From IMG/VR virus record IMGVR_UViG_3300026256_000121, positions 10,452 to 74,451 of that record: a stretch of 64,000 nucleotides of DNA. One strand, 5' to 3'. A model generated the notes under the pieces. The model saw nothing but the letters and a program-made list of their open reading frames with translations. It did not search any database and was not told the DNA's origin. The position numbers were made by a program, and so were the translations under genes. Positions 46,224 through 55,700 of this stretch are shown piece after piece. The stretch's first letter is position 1, and each line of letters opens with the position of its first letter. Source of the stretch: a virus.

Positions 46224-46882
46224 AATTCCTCCATTATAGGAAAAATACCAGCAATTACAGTTGCACATTCCTGAGCAATTTCCATGTGTTCTTTCTGAGT
46301 GCCATTAGCACTACGTAATTCAATATAATGTACCCAACTTCTAAGACTTCCATTCATATATAATCGTGTTTTAGTGTTACCTTCCGGCAATACTACCCTA
46401 GCTTGTTCTTTTGCAATGTTATGTTCAATAGCCCAGTCGTATGCAAGTTTAGAATGTTCAATAACTCTTTGTTGCATAGCATTCCATTGATCTTGTAGTA
46501 ATTTATCTTCTACTTCAACTGAATTTTGTCTATTCTTTTCATCTTGTAAACGTGCTTCTCTATGAATAAACATATCTCCCATTTCTTCAGGATTAGCATA
46601 ACGTTGACTAAACTCTTGAAAACTAAAACTACGATGTCTTACAATTTGATGTGCAATATCTCTAGTAGTATTAATTTCTAAACAAGCATTAACCATTTCT
46701 AATGGTGACCAATGTTTATGTTTAATCAAGTACTTAATAAGTTTTTCACTAGTTTCAGAGTTAATTTGATTATTTGGATTGCTTACTTTAGCACAAAAGG
46801 CAATTAAGTCTTGTACGTTTTCTAATCCTTCTTCGAGAAAATCATCTGATGGTTTTGAATATGAAACTAATTTTACATTCAT
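46220..46882 (-). CDS. thyX: Flavin-dependent thymidylate synthase
   Basis: HWSPLE, RHRSFSFQEFSQRY, ARVVLP motifs. Confidence 0.96.
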   Translation of the reverse strand: MNVKLVSYSKPSDDFLEEGLENVQDLIAFCAKVSNPNNQINSETSEKLIKYLIKHKHWSPLEMVNACLEINTTRDIAHQIVRHRSFSFQEFSQRYANPEEMGDMFIHREARLQDEKNRQNSVEVEDKLLQDQWNAMQQRVIEHSKLAYDWAIEHNIAKEQARVVLPEGNTKTRLYMNGSLRSWVHYIELRSANGTQKEHMEIAQECATVIAGIFPIMEEL

Positions 46883-46883
46883 G

Positions 46884-47201
46884 TTATCCTGTCCTTAGTA
46901 TAATATGTACTCCAAATGGTGAAATACAAGGAGGACCTATGTCATCCTTTGTAATAGTTTTACAAGCATTAGAAAATTCAAACGCCATAGTTTCTTCTTC
47001 AAACCATCCTAAATCACCGCCCTGGTTTTTGCTCGGACAAGCACTATTTTCTCGTGCCGCCTGATCAAACGATATTTGTCCATTTTTTATCTTGTCTACT
47101 AATTCTTGTGCTTGGGTCATTGCTAGTGCAATTCCTCTGCTATGTGTAGGAGGATTAGCATCTTTATGACTCAATAAAATATGTGATGCTCTCATTCTCA
47201 T
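46884..47201 (-). CDS. Parvulin-type peptidyl-prolyl isomerase
   Basis: ASHIL, SACPS...GGDLG, SPFGVHII motifs. Confidence 0.92.
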   Translation of the reverse strand: MRMRASHILLSHKDANPPTHSRGIALAMTQAQELVDKIKNGQISFDQAARENSACPSKNQGGDLGWFEEETMAFEFSNACKTITKDDIGPPCISPFGVHIILRTG

Positions 47202-47204
47202 ATA

Positions 47205-47546
47205 TTAATCTCCTTTGCCTGGAGCTTCATTAAAGTATTTCATTTTTCCTTTTACGCCTTCCCAGTCTTTAACATCAGCTGGTACGTCTTCTTCTCGTTT
47301 TTGCGTAATGTTAGGCCATATATTAGCATATTCTTGATTTAACTTTAACCACTTATTATCTTCATCCATATTATCTGTAATAATTGCGTCTGCAGGACAT
47401 TCTGGTTCGCATACACCACAATCAATACATTCATCAGGATGTATGACCAACATATTTTCTCCCTCATAAAAACAGTCTACAGGACAAACTTCAACACAAT
47501 CCATATGCTTACAGTTAATACAGTCATCATTTACAAGGTATGTCAT
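47205..47546 (-). CDS. fdxA: 7Fe/8Fe ferredoxin, FdxA type
   Basis: [39 protein letters not shown]. Confidence 0.95.
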   Translation of the reverse strand: MTYLVNDDCINCKHMDCVEVCPVDCFYEGENMLVIHPDECIDCGVCEPECPADAIITDNMDEDNKWLKLNQEYANIWPNITQKREEDVPADVKDWEGVKGKMKYFNEAPGKGD

Positions 47547-47581
47547 TGTTTGCTACTCAGTTCCTTATTTGCACTTATTTA

Positions 47582-48502
47582 CTATTCTTTAAGTCTGTTC
47601 AGCTTTATCATGGTTGCGGCTAAATTAATTTCGGGATCTACAACTAACGTATGATCCACTAACCCTTGTTTAATTATAATAACAGCTTGGTCTTGTTTAT
47701 CTTCATTACCAAATAATTCTATGTTATCATAAAGCCAACGATATACATCTTCCATTTCTTCTGCTTTTGCAGATCCGCAAACTAGTTTTCTTGCTTCAGT
47801 TATTTTGCCTGCTTTAAATAACTCAACCATATCTAACTTCCAATCAGCATCACCTTTATCCATCTCATTTGCGGCTAAAAGTGTACCATCAGTACTATTC
47901 ATTTGTACCATATTAATACATTTACGTAAGTCAGGATATGTTGCTTTTACATACGTATCAAGTGTGTCTAAGTCTGGAGTAATACCTTCTGTAATAAGAA
48001 TTTCAGCTACACGAGCCGTAAACTCTGTTTGATCTATTCTAGCAATATGAAAACCTTGACAACGACTATGTAAAGCAGGGATAACACGGTTGGGGTAATT
48101 GCAAGTAAGAATAAACCTTGAAGTGGTGTGATATTCTTCCATAACTCCACGTAATGCCGCTTGAGCGTTAGGGGAAAGGTAATCAGCTTCATCAAGTAAT
48201 ACAACTTTAAAATCTCCAAACGGTATCATTTGTACAAAGTTTACAATTTTATCACGAACATCTTCTACACTATTTGTTCTACTCGCATTAATTTCAAGAA
48301 TGTCTAAGTCATTGAGATCAAGTTCGTTAAACAATAATTTTGCAAGTGTTGTTTTACCTATACCTGCGTTACCACTAAACAATAAGTGTGGAATTGTTTT
48401 TTCTTTAATCCAATTCTTAACTTGTGCTTTTTGATGTTCATCTCGAAAGACATAACCATCTATAGTTTTTGGTCTATACTTTTCTACCCACAGCTCTTTC
48501 AT
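47582..48502 (-). CDS. Clamp loader ATPase subunit (RFC/gp44-like)
   Basis: LWVEKYRP, GNAGIGKT, LDEAD, SRC motifs. Confidence 0.93.
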   Translation of the reverse strand: MKELWVEKYRPKTIDGYVFRDEHQKAQVKNWIKEKTIPHLLFSGNAGIGKTTLAKLLFNELDLNDLDILEINASRTNSVEDVRDKIVNFVQMIPFGDFKVVLLDEADYLSPNAQAALRGVMEEYHTTSRFILTCNYPNRVIPALHSRCQGFHIARIDQTEFTARVAEILITEGITPDLDTLDTYVKATYPDLRKCINMVQMNSTDGTLLAANEMDKGDADWKLDMVELFKAGKITEARKLVCGSAKAEEMEDVYRWLYDNIELFGNEDKQDQAVIIIKQGLVDHTLVVDPEINLAATMIKLNRLKE

Positions 48503-48520
48503 TTTGACTCCATATTAATT

Positions 48521-48688
48521 CTAGTCACGTTTTTGAGTTCCTTCTTGCCCTGCGGCTACTAAGATTATAAAAATATATAAAAATGGCCAAGCCCATCCTA
48601 CTAAATGTCCTGTAATATGTAAGATCATTAATGTAATACCTGTAGCACCGACGGTGCCAATGCTCATACGTTGTACTGGTAATTTCAC
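48521..48688 (-). CDS. 55-aa two-TM membrane protein (not in ORF track)
   Basis: GTG start: VKLPVQRMSIGTVGATGITLMILHITGHLVGWAWPFLYIFIILVAAG...; AAGGAG SD. Confidence 0.6.
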   Translation of the reverse strand: MKLPVQRMSIGTVGATGITLMILHITGHLVGWAWPFLYIFIILVAAGQEGTQKRD

Positions 48689-48709
48689 ATACTCTCCTTA
48701 TTTTATTAT

Positions 48710-48738
48710 ATTATAGACTAAAATGTAGAAGATGTCAA
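48710..48738 (-). promoter_or_regulatory. sigma70-type promoter
   Basis: TTGACA-17-TATAAT, perfect. Confidence 0.8.
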
Positions 48739-48741
48739 GTA

Positions 48742-49344
48742 TTATTTTTGAAGGGGTAATCCGTTAAAGATGAATCCAATTGTAGCTCGTGGACTAACAT
48801 TTTTTGGCGGTAATCCTTTATGAAGGTAACTACTTGGAAATACTACGCATCGACTCTTTTTCCAATCAACATTATGGGTTGGACCATTGTTACGATCTGA
48901 CCAAAATTCTAAACCTGTATCGCCTTGTAAAAAATATACTAATGTGTGTGAAGGAATCCATCCAGGCATATTCATTTGAGTTGCATCATCAGGAGCATCA
49001 GGATGTAGTCCACCGTAATGTTCTTCTGTAGTTAAATTAATTTGTACTTGATTTAATTGTAAATCCTCTTGAAGGTTTTTAAAAAGATTTGTTTTTTTAT
49101 GATGTATGATGGTCCAAAGTGCTTTAAGTTCCCAGGGCATGTCAACTAAAAACTTTGTATGATTAACTGTGGCTCCGTGTTGTATGTCACGAGTCCATTG
49201 TTCACTAAAAGTATTATAACCCTCATCGTACCCTAATCCCCGATGTCCAAATCTTAAAGGCATGTGAGGTATTACAGCTTCAATTTGATCTATTAACCAA
49301 TCTGGTACTAAATCATCAAACACTAAAATATTATTTTTGTTCAT
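48742..49344 (-). CDS. 2OG-Fe(II) oxygenase (paralogue A)
   Basis: LHPD...LHKGLPP...R. Confidence 0.8.
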   Translation of the reverse strand: MNKNNILVFDDLVPDWLIDQIEAVIPHMPLRFGHRGLGYDEGYNTFSEQWTRDIQHGATVNHTKFLVDMPWELKALWTIIHHKKTNLFKNLQEDLQLNQVQINLTTEEHYGGLHPDAPDDATQMNMPGWIPSHTLVYFLQGDTGLEFWSDRNNGPTHNVDWKKSRCVVFPSSYLHKGLPPKNVSPRATIGFIFNGLPLQK

Positions 49345-50185
49345 TCGTAACTCCCCAGTTATCTATATTATCTTGATTAAAAATAGAATGAATAATTCTA
49401 CGTTCTCTTGCAAATGGTGTAGCTTCACCACTAATAATAAAAGCCATAGTTACACGTGGACTAACATTTTTTGGTGGTAATCCTTGGTGTATAAATTTAC
49501 TAGGAAATATTACCATACGTCCATCTTTCCAATCAACAGTATGACATTTAAACGAATCCATTTTCCCTGGATGATTAGCAAAGTCATCGTCATACCATGT
49601 TCCGTCTTTTGTTCGTAGACCTTTATTTTTATATGCTAGTTCTCTTGTTTTTTCTATTTCAGCATGTACTTCTGCTTCTGTAACTGTACCTTGCGTTACT
49701 CCATGCGATAATTCTGCTATTTTAGGATTTACATGTTCAGGATTATTAGACCAAAATTCTAAACCAGCATCACCTTGTAACATATAAAGCATCGTATACG
49801 CAGGTGCGTCTTCTTGAATGTCAACGTGTAATCCGCCGGAATGTTGTTTAGTTGTTAAGTTTAGTTGTATTTGATTTAGTTGAATGTTCCCAACATTTGG
49901 AGAAATTCTTTTTCTATTTTCGTTTAATACTGTCCATATAGCTGTTAATTGCCAGGGAGCTTCATCTAAATTTTTATTAGCATTAGCGTCACCCCATTGC
50001 TCAGACCAGAACTGATATCCTTGATACGGACCAAGGCCTCGATGGCCGAAACCTAATGCAATGTGTGGAAGTGTTTTTACTGCTTCTTTGTGCAACCAAC
50101 TTGGAACAATATCGTCTAAAACATATATGTCTTGAGCTATATTATAAGTCGCCGGACTTCCTATTTTCTGAGTGATAGACGTCAA
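49331..50185 (-). CDS. 2OG-Fe(II) oxygenase (paralogue B, with internal insertion)
   Basis: LHVD...IHQGLPP...R. Confidence 0.8.
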   Translation of the reverse strand: MTSITQKIGSPATYNIAQDIYVLDDIVPSWLHKEAVKTLPHIALGFGHRGLGPYQGYQFWSEQWGDANANKNLDEAPWQLTAIWTVLNENRKRISPNVGNIQLNQIQLNLTTKQHSGGLHVDIQEDAPAYTMLYMLQGDAGLEFWSNNPEHVNPKIAELSHGVTQGTVTEAEVHAEIEKTRELAYKNKGLRTKDGTWYDDDFANHPGKMDSFKCHTVDWKDGRMVIFPSKFIHQGLPPKNVSPRVTMAFIISGEATPFARERRIIHSIFNQDNIDNWGVTNEQK

Positions 50186-50549
50186 ATTCTCCTCCTGGAT
50201 ATCTGTCTTTTAATTTCTTAACATTTTCTGCAACTACTGAATTAGGATCAAGGCCAAGAGACCTACAAGCATTAGTCCAGTACCACATAATATCGCCCAA
50301 TTCTCGTTTAAGATGAAATGCAGTTTCATCGTCAAGCGGTTTACCTTGGAATAGACATTTTTTAACAATTTCACTAAACTCACCTCCTTCACTTGATAAG
50401 CCAATTGATGCTGTTAATAATAATGGAATATTAACATCTGTTGTTTGTTCTAGTTCTTGAACTCTTCCGAAGAATGCTCCAGAAACATTACTTTCAACTG
50501 ACGTAACTTTTTCTACAAATTCTTCATACCGCTTTAAGTCAATGTCCAA
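50142..50549 (-). CDS. mazG: MazG-like NTP pyrophosphohydrolase
   Basis: GLSSEGGEFSEIVKK, ELGDIMWY motifs. Confidence 0.9.
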   Translation of the reverse strand: MDIDLKRYEEFVEKVTSVESNVSGAFFGRVQELEQTTDVNIPLLLTASIGLSSEGGEFSEIVKKCLFQGKPLDDETAFHLKRELGDIMWYWTNACRSLGLDPNSVVAENVKKLKDRYPGGEFDVYHSENRKSGDL

Positions 50550-50584
50550 CTTAACCTCCTTAGTAACTAATTTATTTAACTAAT

Positions 50585-50989
50585 TTATGTTATATCCCCA
50601 ATCCATCCTGAATCGGGTTCTTCATGTTGCCACGCTAAAATACCATCGGTATCTACAGTACGCAGAATAACAACTTCATCTTCATCAGGTAACTCAACAT
50701 TGTACCCTCTAGTCCACCTTCCGTGTTCTATAAGAAGCCAGTCACCTACTTTATACTCTTCTTTATTTTCATGCCCTATAGCATAGATCTTACCCCATCT
50801 AGGCTTAATGCCATGATTTTTACCATCATCTGACATAATAATAAGTCCAGCTGTAGTTTTCATCTCACCAAAGTTCATTTCTCGAACAATAACTCGATCA
50901 TGTAACGGTCTTATATTACCTTTAAAAACTGCAATAGACTTACTTGGCCCGCCAAGTTGGGAGGCCATATCGTAATTGTTTGGATCCAT
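50585..50989 (-). CDS. groES: GroES-like co-chaperonin
   Basis: RPLHDRVIV, TTAGLII, VGD motifs. Confidence 0.85.
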   Translation of the reverse strand: MDPNNYDMASQLGGPSKSIAVFKGNIRPLHDRVIVREMNFGEMKTTAGLIIMSDDGKNHGIKPRWGKIYAIGHENKEEYKVGDWLLIEHGRWTRGYNVELPDEDEVVILRTVDTDGILAWQHEEPDSGWIGDIT

Positions 50990-50992
50990 TTG

Positions 50993-51394
50993 TTAGTCAC
51001 CCTTTTTCACAAAGTTACCATCGCTATCTTCAAGCCAATCCTCATCTTTTGCTTCTTCAACCTTAGCTTCTACCTTAGGTGCAACCTTAGGTTCTGCCTT
51101 TTTAGGCTTTGAAACTTTTTTAGGTACTACTGTTGGTTCTTTTTGCATTTCTGCAACACCAACACCAGCTTCTTCATTTGGAACTGCTTGTGGATGATCT
51201 CTATAATAATCACCCATAACTTCTTCACGTTTTTTAATGATTTTGCCGCCAGGGCCTAATTCATCACCGCGAGCATTAACACGAACATTACCTACTGCTG
51301 GTGTTAATTCATTTTTTTGGCGCAATAAATCCATATCAACAGCTTTACCTTGTAGTGATATGTGTTGTTTGCGACCTGTTTGACTATTTGCCAT
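50993..51394 (-). CDS. Hypothetical phage protein
   Basis: AVGNVRVNARGDELGPGG motif; TAAATA and AGGAG upstream. Confidence 0.7.
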   Translation of the reverse strand: MANSQTGRKQHISLQGKAVDMDLLRQKNELTPAVGNVRVNARGDELGPGGKIIKKREEVMGDYYRDHPQAVPNEEAGVGVAEMQKEPTVVPKKVSKPKKAEPKVAPKVEAKVEEAKDEDWLEDSDGNFVKKGD

Positions 51395-51419
51395 TATACT
51401 TCTCCTATTATGTACGTAT

Positions 51420-51944
51420 TTATCTCATGAACTCTTGCCAGGATAGCTGATACTGGATCGGGTTAATCTTATGCACACCAATCAAGTATAATACATAACT
51501 TGCTACACTAGATCCACGTCCTACACCCCATACCATATTATTTTCTCTCATAACATCTATCAAATATACAAGAAATCTTAATAAATTGAATAATCCTCTT
51601 TTTTCATACTCATGCATTTCTTCACGAACTCTTGCCATTTCTTTTGGCTCGTCTGGACATTTATCTAAAATATAATTATAGATATCTAATTTTTTATATT
51701 TTTCAGGCATAAACCAGTCTGATTGTAATGCTTCATCAAAATCTTTTTGTTCTACATCTATTGGAATATACTTTGTAAGAGTAGGAAGACCTTGTTCTTG
51801 CGATACTTTATTAAATTGGTCTATATCGTCACTAGGATCGCACAATACTACATAACACTTTTCAGCATGACCTGTATAGATCATATCAATAAGGTCTTTG
51901 TTTGAGAATCGTGGTATTCCTAGGGAGTCTGTTTTCATAAGCAT
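51420..51944 (-). CDS. Stand-alone fragment homologous to DNA polymerase III alpha (DnaE)
   Basis: GVGRGSSVASYVLYLIGVHKINPIQY.L...F matches DnaE GPGRGSxAGSLVxYxLxITxxDP. Confidence 0.8.
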   Translation of the reverse strand: MLMKTDSLGIPRFSNKDLIDMIYTGHAEKCYVVLCDPSDDIDQFNKVSQEQGLPTLTKYIPIDVEQKDFDEALQSDWFMPEKYKKLDIYNYILDKCPDEPKEMARVREEMHEYEKRGLFNLLRFLVYLIDVMRENNMVWGVGRGSSVASYVLYLIGVHKINPIQYQLSWQEFMR

Positions 51945-51950
51945 TTATAT

Positions 51951-51979
51951 ATTTTAACTGATATTAATTAGATTGTCAA
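51951..51979 (-). promoter_or_regulatory. sigma70-type promoter directly before the mini-DnaE start
   Basis: TTGACA-17-TAAAAT, 6 nt before ATG. Confidence 0.7.
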
Positions 51980-52181
51980 GATCTTTATTGTTCGAATCGT
52001 CCAATCTTGCTTTAACTTGGCGTTCACTAAGTTCTAATTTATAAGTGTCGATCAATAATGATATTTGATTTTGAGCTTCGGGGTTTCTAGTTTGAAAAAA
52101 TTTCTTTGTTAATTCGGAAAGTGCTTCATCAATTTCTAAATCAGATTTCTGTGACAAATTATCTGCAAATGGATGATTCAT
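51954..52181 (-). CDS. Hypothetical phage protein
   Basis: 75 aa ORF. Confidence 0.65.
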   Translation of the reverse strand: MNHPFADNLSQKSDLEIDEALSELTKKFFQTRNPEAQNQISLLIDTYKLELSERQVKARLDDSNNKDLDNLINIS

Positions 52182-52191
52182 TTATTACCTA

Positions 52192-52758
52192 TCAAGTAAA
52201 AGTACTAACGTAATGACCATATACTGTAGTGCCGCCGTCAGTAGTCCAAAAATCAAGTACCATAGGATTTACATTACTTCCGACAACAAACGGTGAAGGA
52301 AAACTAGCATCATACTTAATTACTCCGCCACCAGCAGTAGCCCATGTAACTGTTCGAGCAGTACTATCACCTAGCGTATCTAACAACATTAATCTAATTT
52401 TACCAACTTTGCCTGTATCTGGCCAATCTGTAAAAGTTAGTGTAATATTACCACCAATTGTAAATGTTTGATAATTACCATTTGTAAAACTAATATTTTG
52501 GGGAGCAACTACTGTTCCACCAGCATATACTTTTTCTGTATTAGCTGTTAAATTAGCACCTGTAACTTCGTTTCCTAGAAAGTCGTTATTTGCATTAAGT
52601 TTAGCCGTACTTGTTTGTAGAGTTTCAATCTCACTTTTAGCCGCAGTAAAGTTGTTCTTTATTGTGCTAAAATTATTACGAAATCCTTGACTATCATTAT
52701 CCTGTCCTGCAATAGGATATGTAGAGTCAATGCTTGTGTTGTCAATATTACTGGCCAT
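52192..52758 (-). CDS. Virion structural protein
   Basis: YPIAGQDNDSQGFRNNF N-terminal motif; beta-rich C-terminus. Confidence 0.65.
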   Translation of the reverse strand: MASNIDNTSIDSTYPIAGQDNDSQGFRNNFSTIKNNFTAAKSEIETLQTSTAKLNANNDFLGNEVTGANLTANTEKVYAGGTVVAPQNISFTNGNYQTFTIGGNITLTFTDWPDTGKVGKIRLMLLDTLGDSTARTVTWATAGGGVIKYDASFPSPFVVGSNVNPMVLDFWTTDGGTTVYGHYVSTFT

Positions 52759-52792
52759 TATTATTCCTCTCTAGTATGTATATTTATCGCCT

Positions 52793-55700
52793 TTAAACAT
52801 TAAAGGCATAGTTACCGAACGGAATATACTGCTCGGCGCTGTTATCTGTAGTAGTATCTATTATGTATCTATCAATCTCAAAGTCTAATACCTTAAAATT
52901 GAACCCGCTAGTAGTGATATTTAGTAATACTTTAGCACTAGTACCTGCTTTACAGTAGCATAATGGTATAGCTGTAACAAAACCTAATTCCTGTACTGTA
53001 TTAGTTTGGGCAGTAGCCATCCATAATGGAAGAAAATTCCCTTCAGTTTTACCAACTGATGATAATTGATTCCGCATATTTGTAATGTTGTTAATATAAC
53101 GAGTTTGATCATTAGTATCACTAATTTTAATAGCACTACTACTAACTTTAATTGGTGTATTTTTAGGTCTCCATCTAAACGGATCACTTGTAGTTGTAGC
53201 AATTTTTTGGGCACTTATAGTATTACCATTTTTTAGTTCTACCTGAATAACCCCGTTTGCATCATAAATGACTGTTCCGGTTCTAGTAATAACTTCAAGA
53301 TCGTTACCTAGTGCTACAACTTGGATTCGTTGTCCTTGAGAATTTAGTATTTCAAATACTGCTACACCGGCTCCTTCTTTAGTAACATCATCCATTGTTT
53401 CAAACTCAACACTATCAACTGTAATTTTTTCTGAATTAGTAATAACATGTTTTGCTCTGACAGTCTTAGGACGATCTTCATATACTTTATCAAACGTTTC
53501 ACGATCAAACATTTTTTCATTTATATCATATGGGTCATGTACTTCTACGTAAATTACTTCATATTCAATATCATTTGTCCCTGTCTTTTTAGCTACTGCT
53601 GTTTTAAGATTTCCAAGTTTAAATCTTTTTCTACTATGCCCCATTCTTGATCTTGCAACATATTCTCTAATATCTTTAGTTTCAATTCCAGCATATATTA
53701 GCATTTTAATATTTTTTTGTAATCCAAACTCTGGATCATTAGGTCTATAAATACTTGCTGGTGTAAATATATTTGGATCACCTATAAAGTTACTATAAAG
53801 TGTTCGCTGTGCTTGTTTTAAGAAAGGTTTAACAAATAAATTACTATACGTTATATTATCTGGATCTTTAACTGTAATATCAAATTCTCTTGAAACTGCA
53901 CTAAATCCAAAACGATCACGTGCCTCAATTGTAAATTTAAATTTTCTATCTATAGTAGTTGTAGATCCATCTAATGAAAATAAGTTTTTATCAATAGTTG
54001 ACAATCCATAAGTAATCAATCCTGTAGTAGTATTTGTCATTTTAAATTGATTAACTTTTCCGATAAGTTCACCATTATAATTTAAAGTTAATCCTGGAGG
54101 CAATGTACCGCTAGTAAGTCTGTATAATACTTTACTAACTATTGATTGGTCTAGTAGTTTTGCAGTAACACTAAATGTACTAACAAAATTAGCATTAATT
54201 GATCCTAAACTAGGAGCAGTTGACCATTCTATACTACTTTCTACTTCACCTAAAATTTTAACTGTAAATGTTTTTGCCTTTTCAGCCATTAAAACATTCG
54301 AACCAGTAAAGCGTCTTGCTTTAATTGTAAATTTATATTCTTTTGTAACTGCCGGTTGATATGGAACTCGTCCTGCAATTTCTCCTGTAACAGGATCTAA
54401 TGTCATTCCTGGAGGAAATACACTAGCAGAACCATCATCGTTATATTGTTGTAATTCATACGTTAAAGCACCAATAATAGTATTTGGGTCAAAGACATCT
54501 AAGAAAATAGTTACATAATTATTTGCACGTTTATAACCAATGTCAGCTGGAGTTAACCAAACTGGAGTTCTAAGGAATGTATTATCAGCTGTAAATATTC
54601 CTGTACCAATTTGCATAATAGTATTATCAGCACGTAGGAAATCGTCGCCAACTAAAAAGATTACAAATTTTCTTTTAGTAATAGTATCGCCATCGCTAAC
54701 ACTTACTTCAAATTCAAAAAATCTATTAAGTTTTTTAGGACTTCGTGTTTCAATAGCTGTATCATATCCCTGTGTATCGTAATAATAACTTTCATAACCA
54801 TTAGCACTTTTTAAACCAAAGTCGAAAGGATATCCGTCAAATTGTGTAGTATCATAAAACCCACTACCAGACCTTAAATCTAATGCTAAAATAGGATCAA
54901 CAATTCCTATTAGTCTTCCTGTACTTGTTAATCTAATACCTGGTGGTAATGTACCATCTCCGTCTGCAATATAAAATTCTAAGTTATCACCAGCTGGCAA
55001 GTCAGGATCAATTGCTTCAAGTTGAAAATCAACAATGCTACTATCAATGATATAAAACGCATTATTCTTTCCAATTTTTAATTTACCTTCTGGAGTTGTC
55101 CATGTTGGAGCATCTGGGCCATTAACTATAATTTTAAATGTTCTATCTTGAATACCTGTACTATTTGTAGCACGTAATACAAATTCGTATTCTGTACTAC
55201 GTTGTACTTCAAATGGAGTTCCTACAAGTTTATTATCTTCTAATCGTAATCCAGGAGGTAATGTACCACTTATTAAAGTTATAATACTAGTATTAAGAGC
55301 TAATACTGTTGAAGATCCTTGCGTTAGATATATGTCAGGAGCAGTTGAATATACATACGTCATAAAGCTACGTACTATTTCTTGTTGATAAGTTTCTACT
55401 GTATGTGTATTACCTGTTTTATAATGTGTTACCTGTCCACCTAAATAGCTATAATAATATGTATCGTTAGTACCATAAAATACACCACTACCATCTGGAA
55501 TTATATTACCCGTATATCCTTGACTCTTTGCTAATGCAAATGCAGATTCTTGTGCAGATAAAAAGTTTACACCCATAGCTGTACCGCCAGCGTATGGAAC
55601 TGTAGTATCTAGAGCTCCGTGAATTGTTAGTATTCTTTTATCTCTAAATGGTACAGACGCTGTGTTATAATCATTTGCTGTTACTCCCGTTTGTGTTGTC

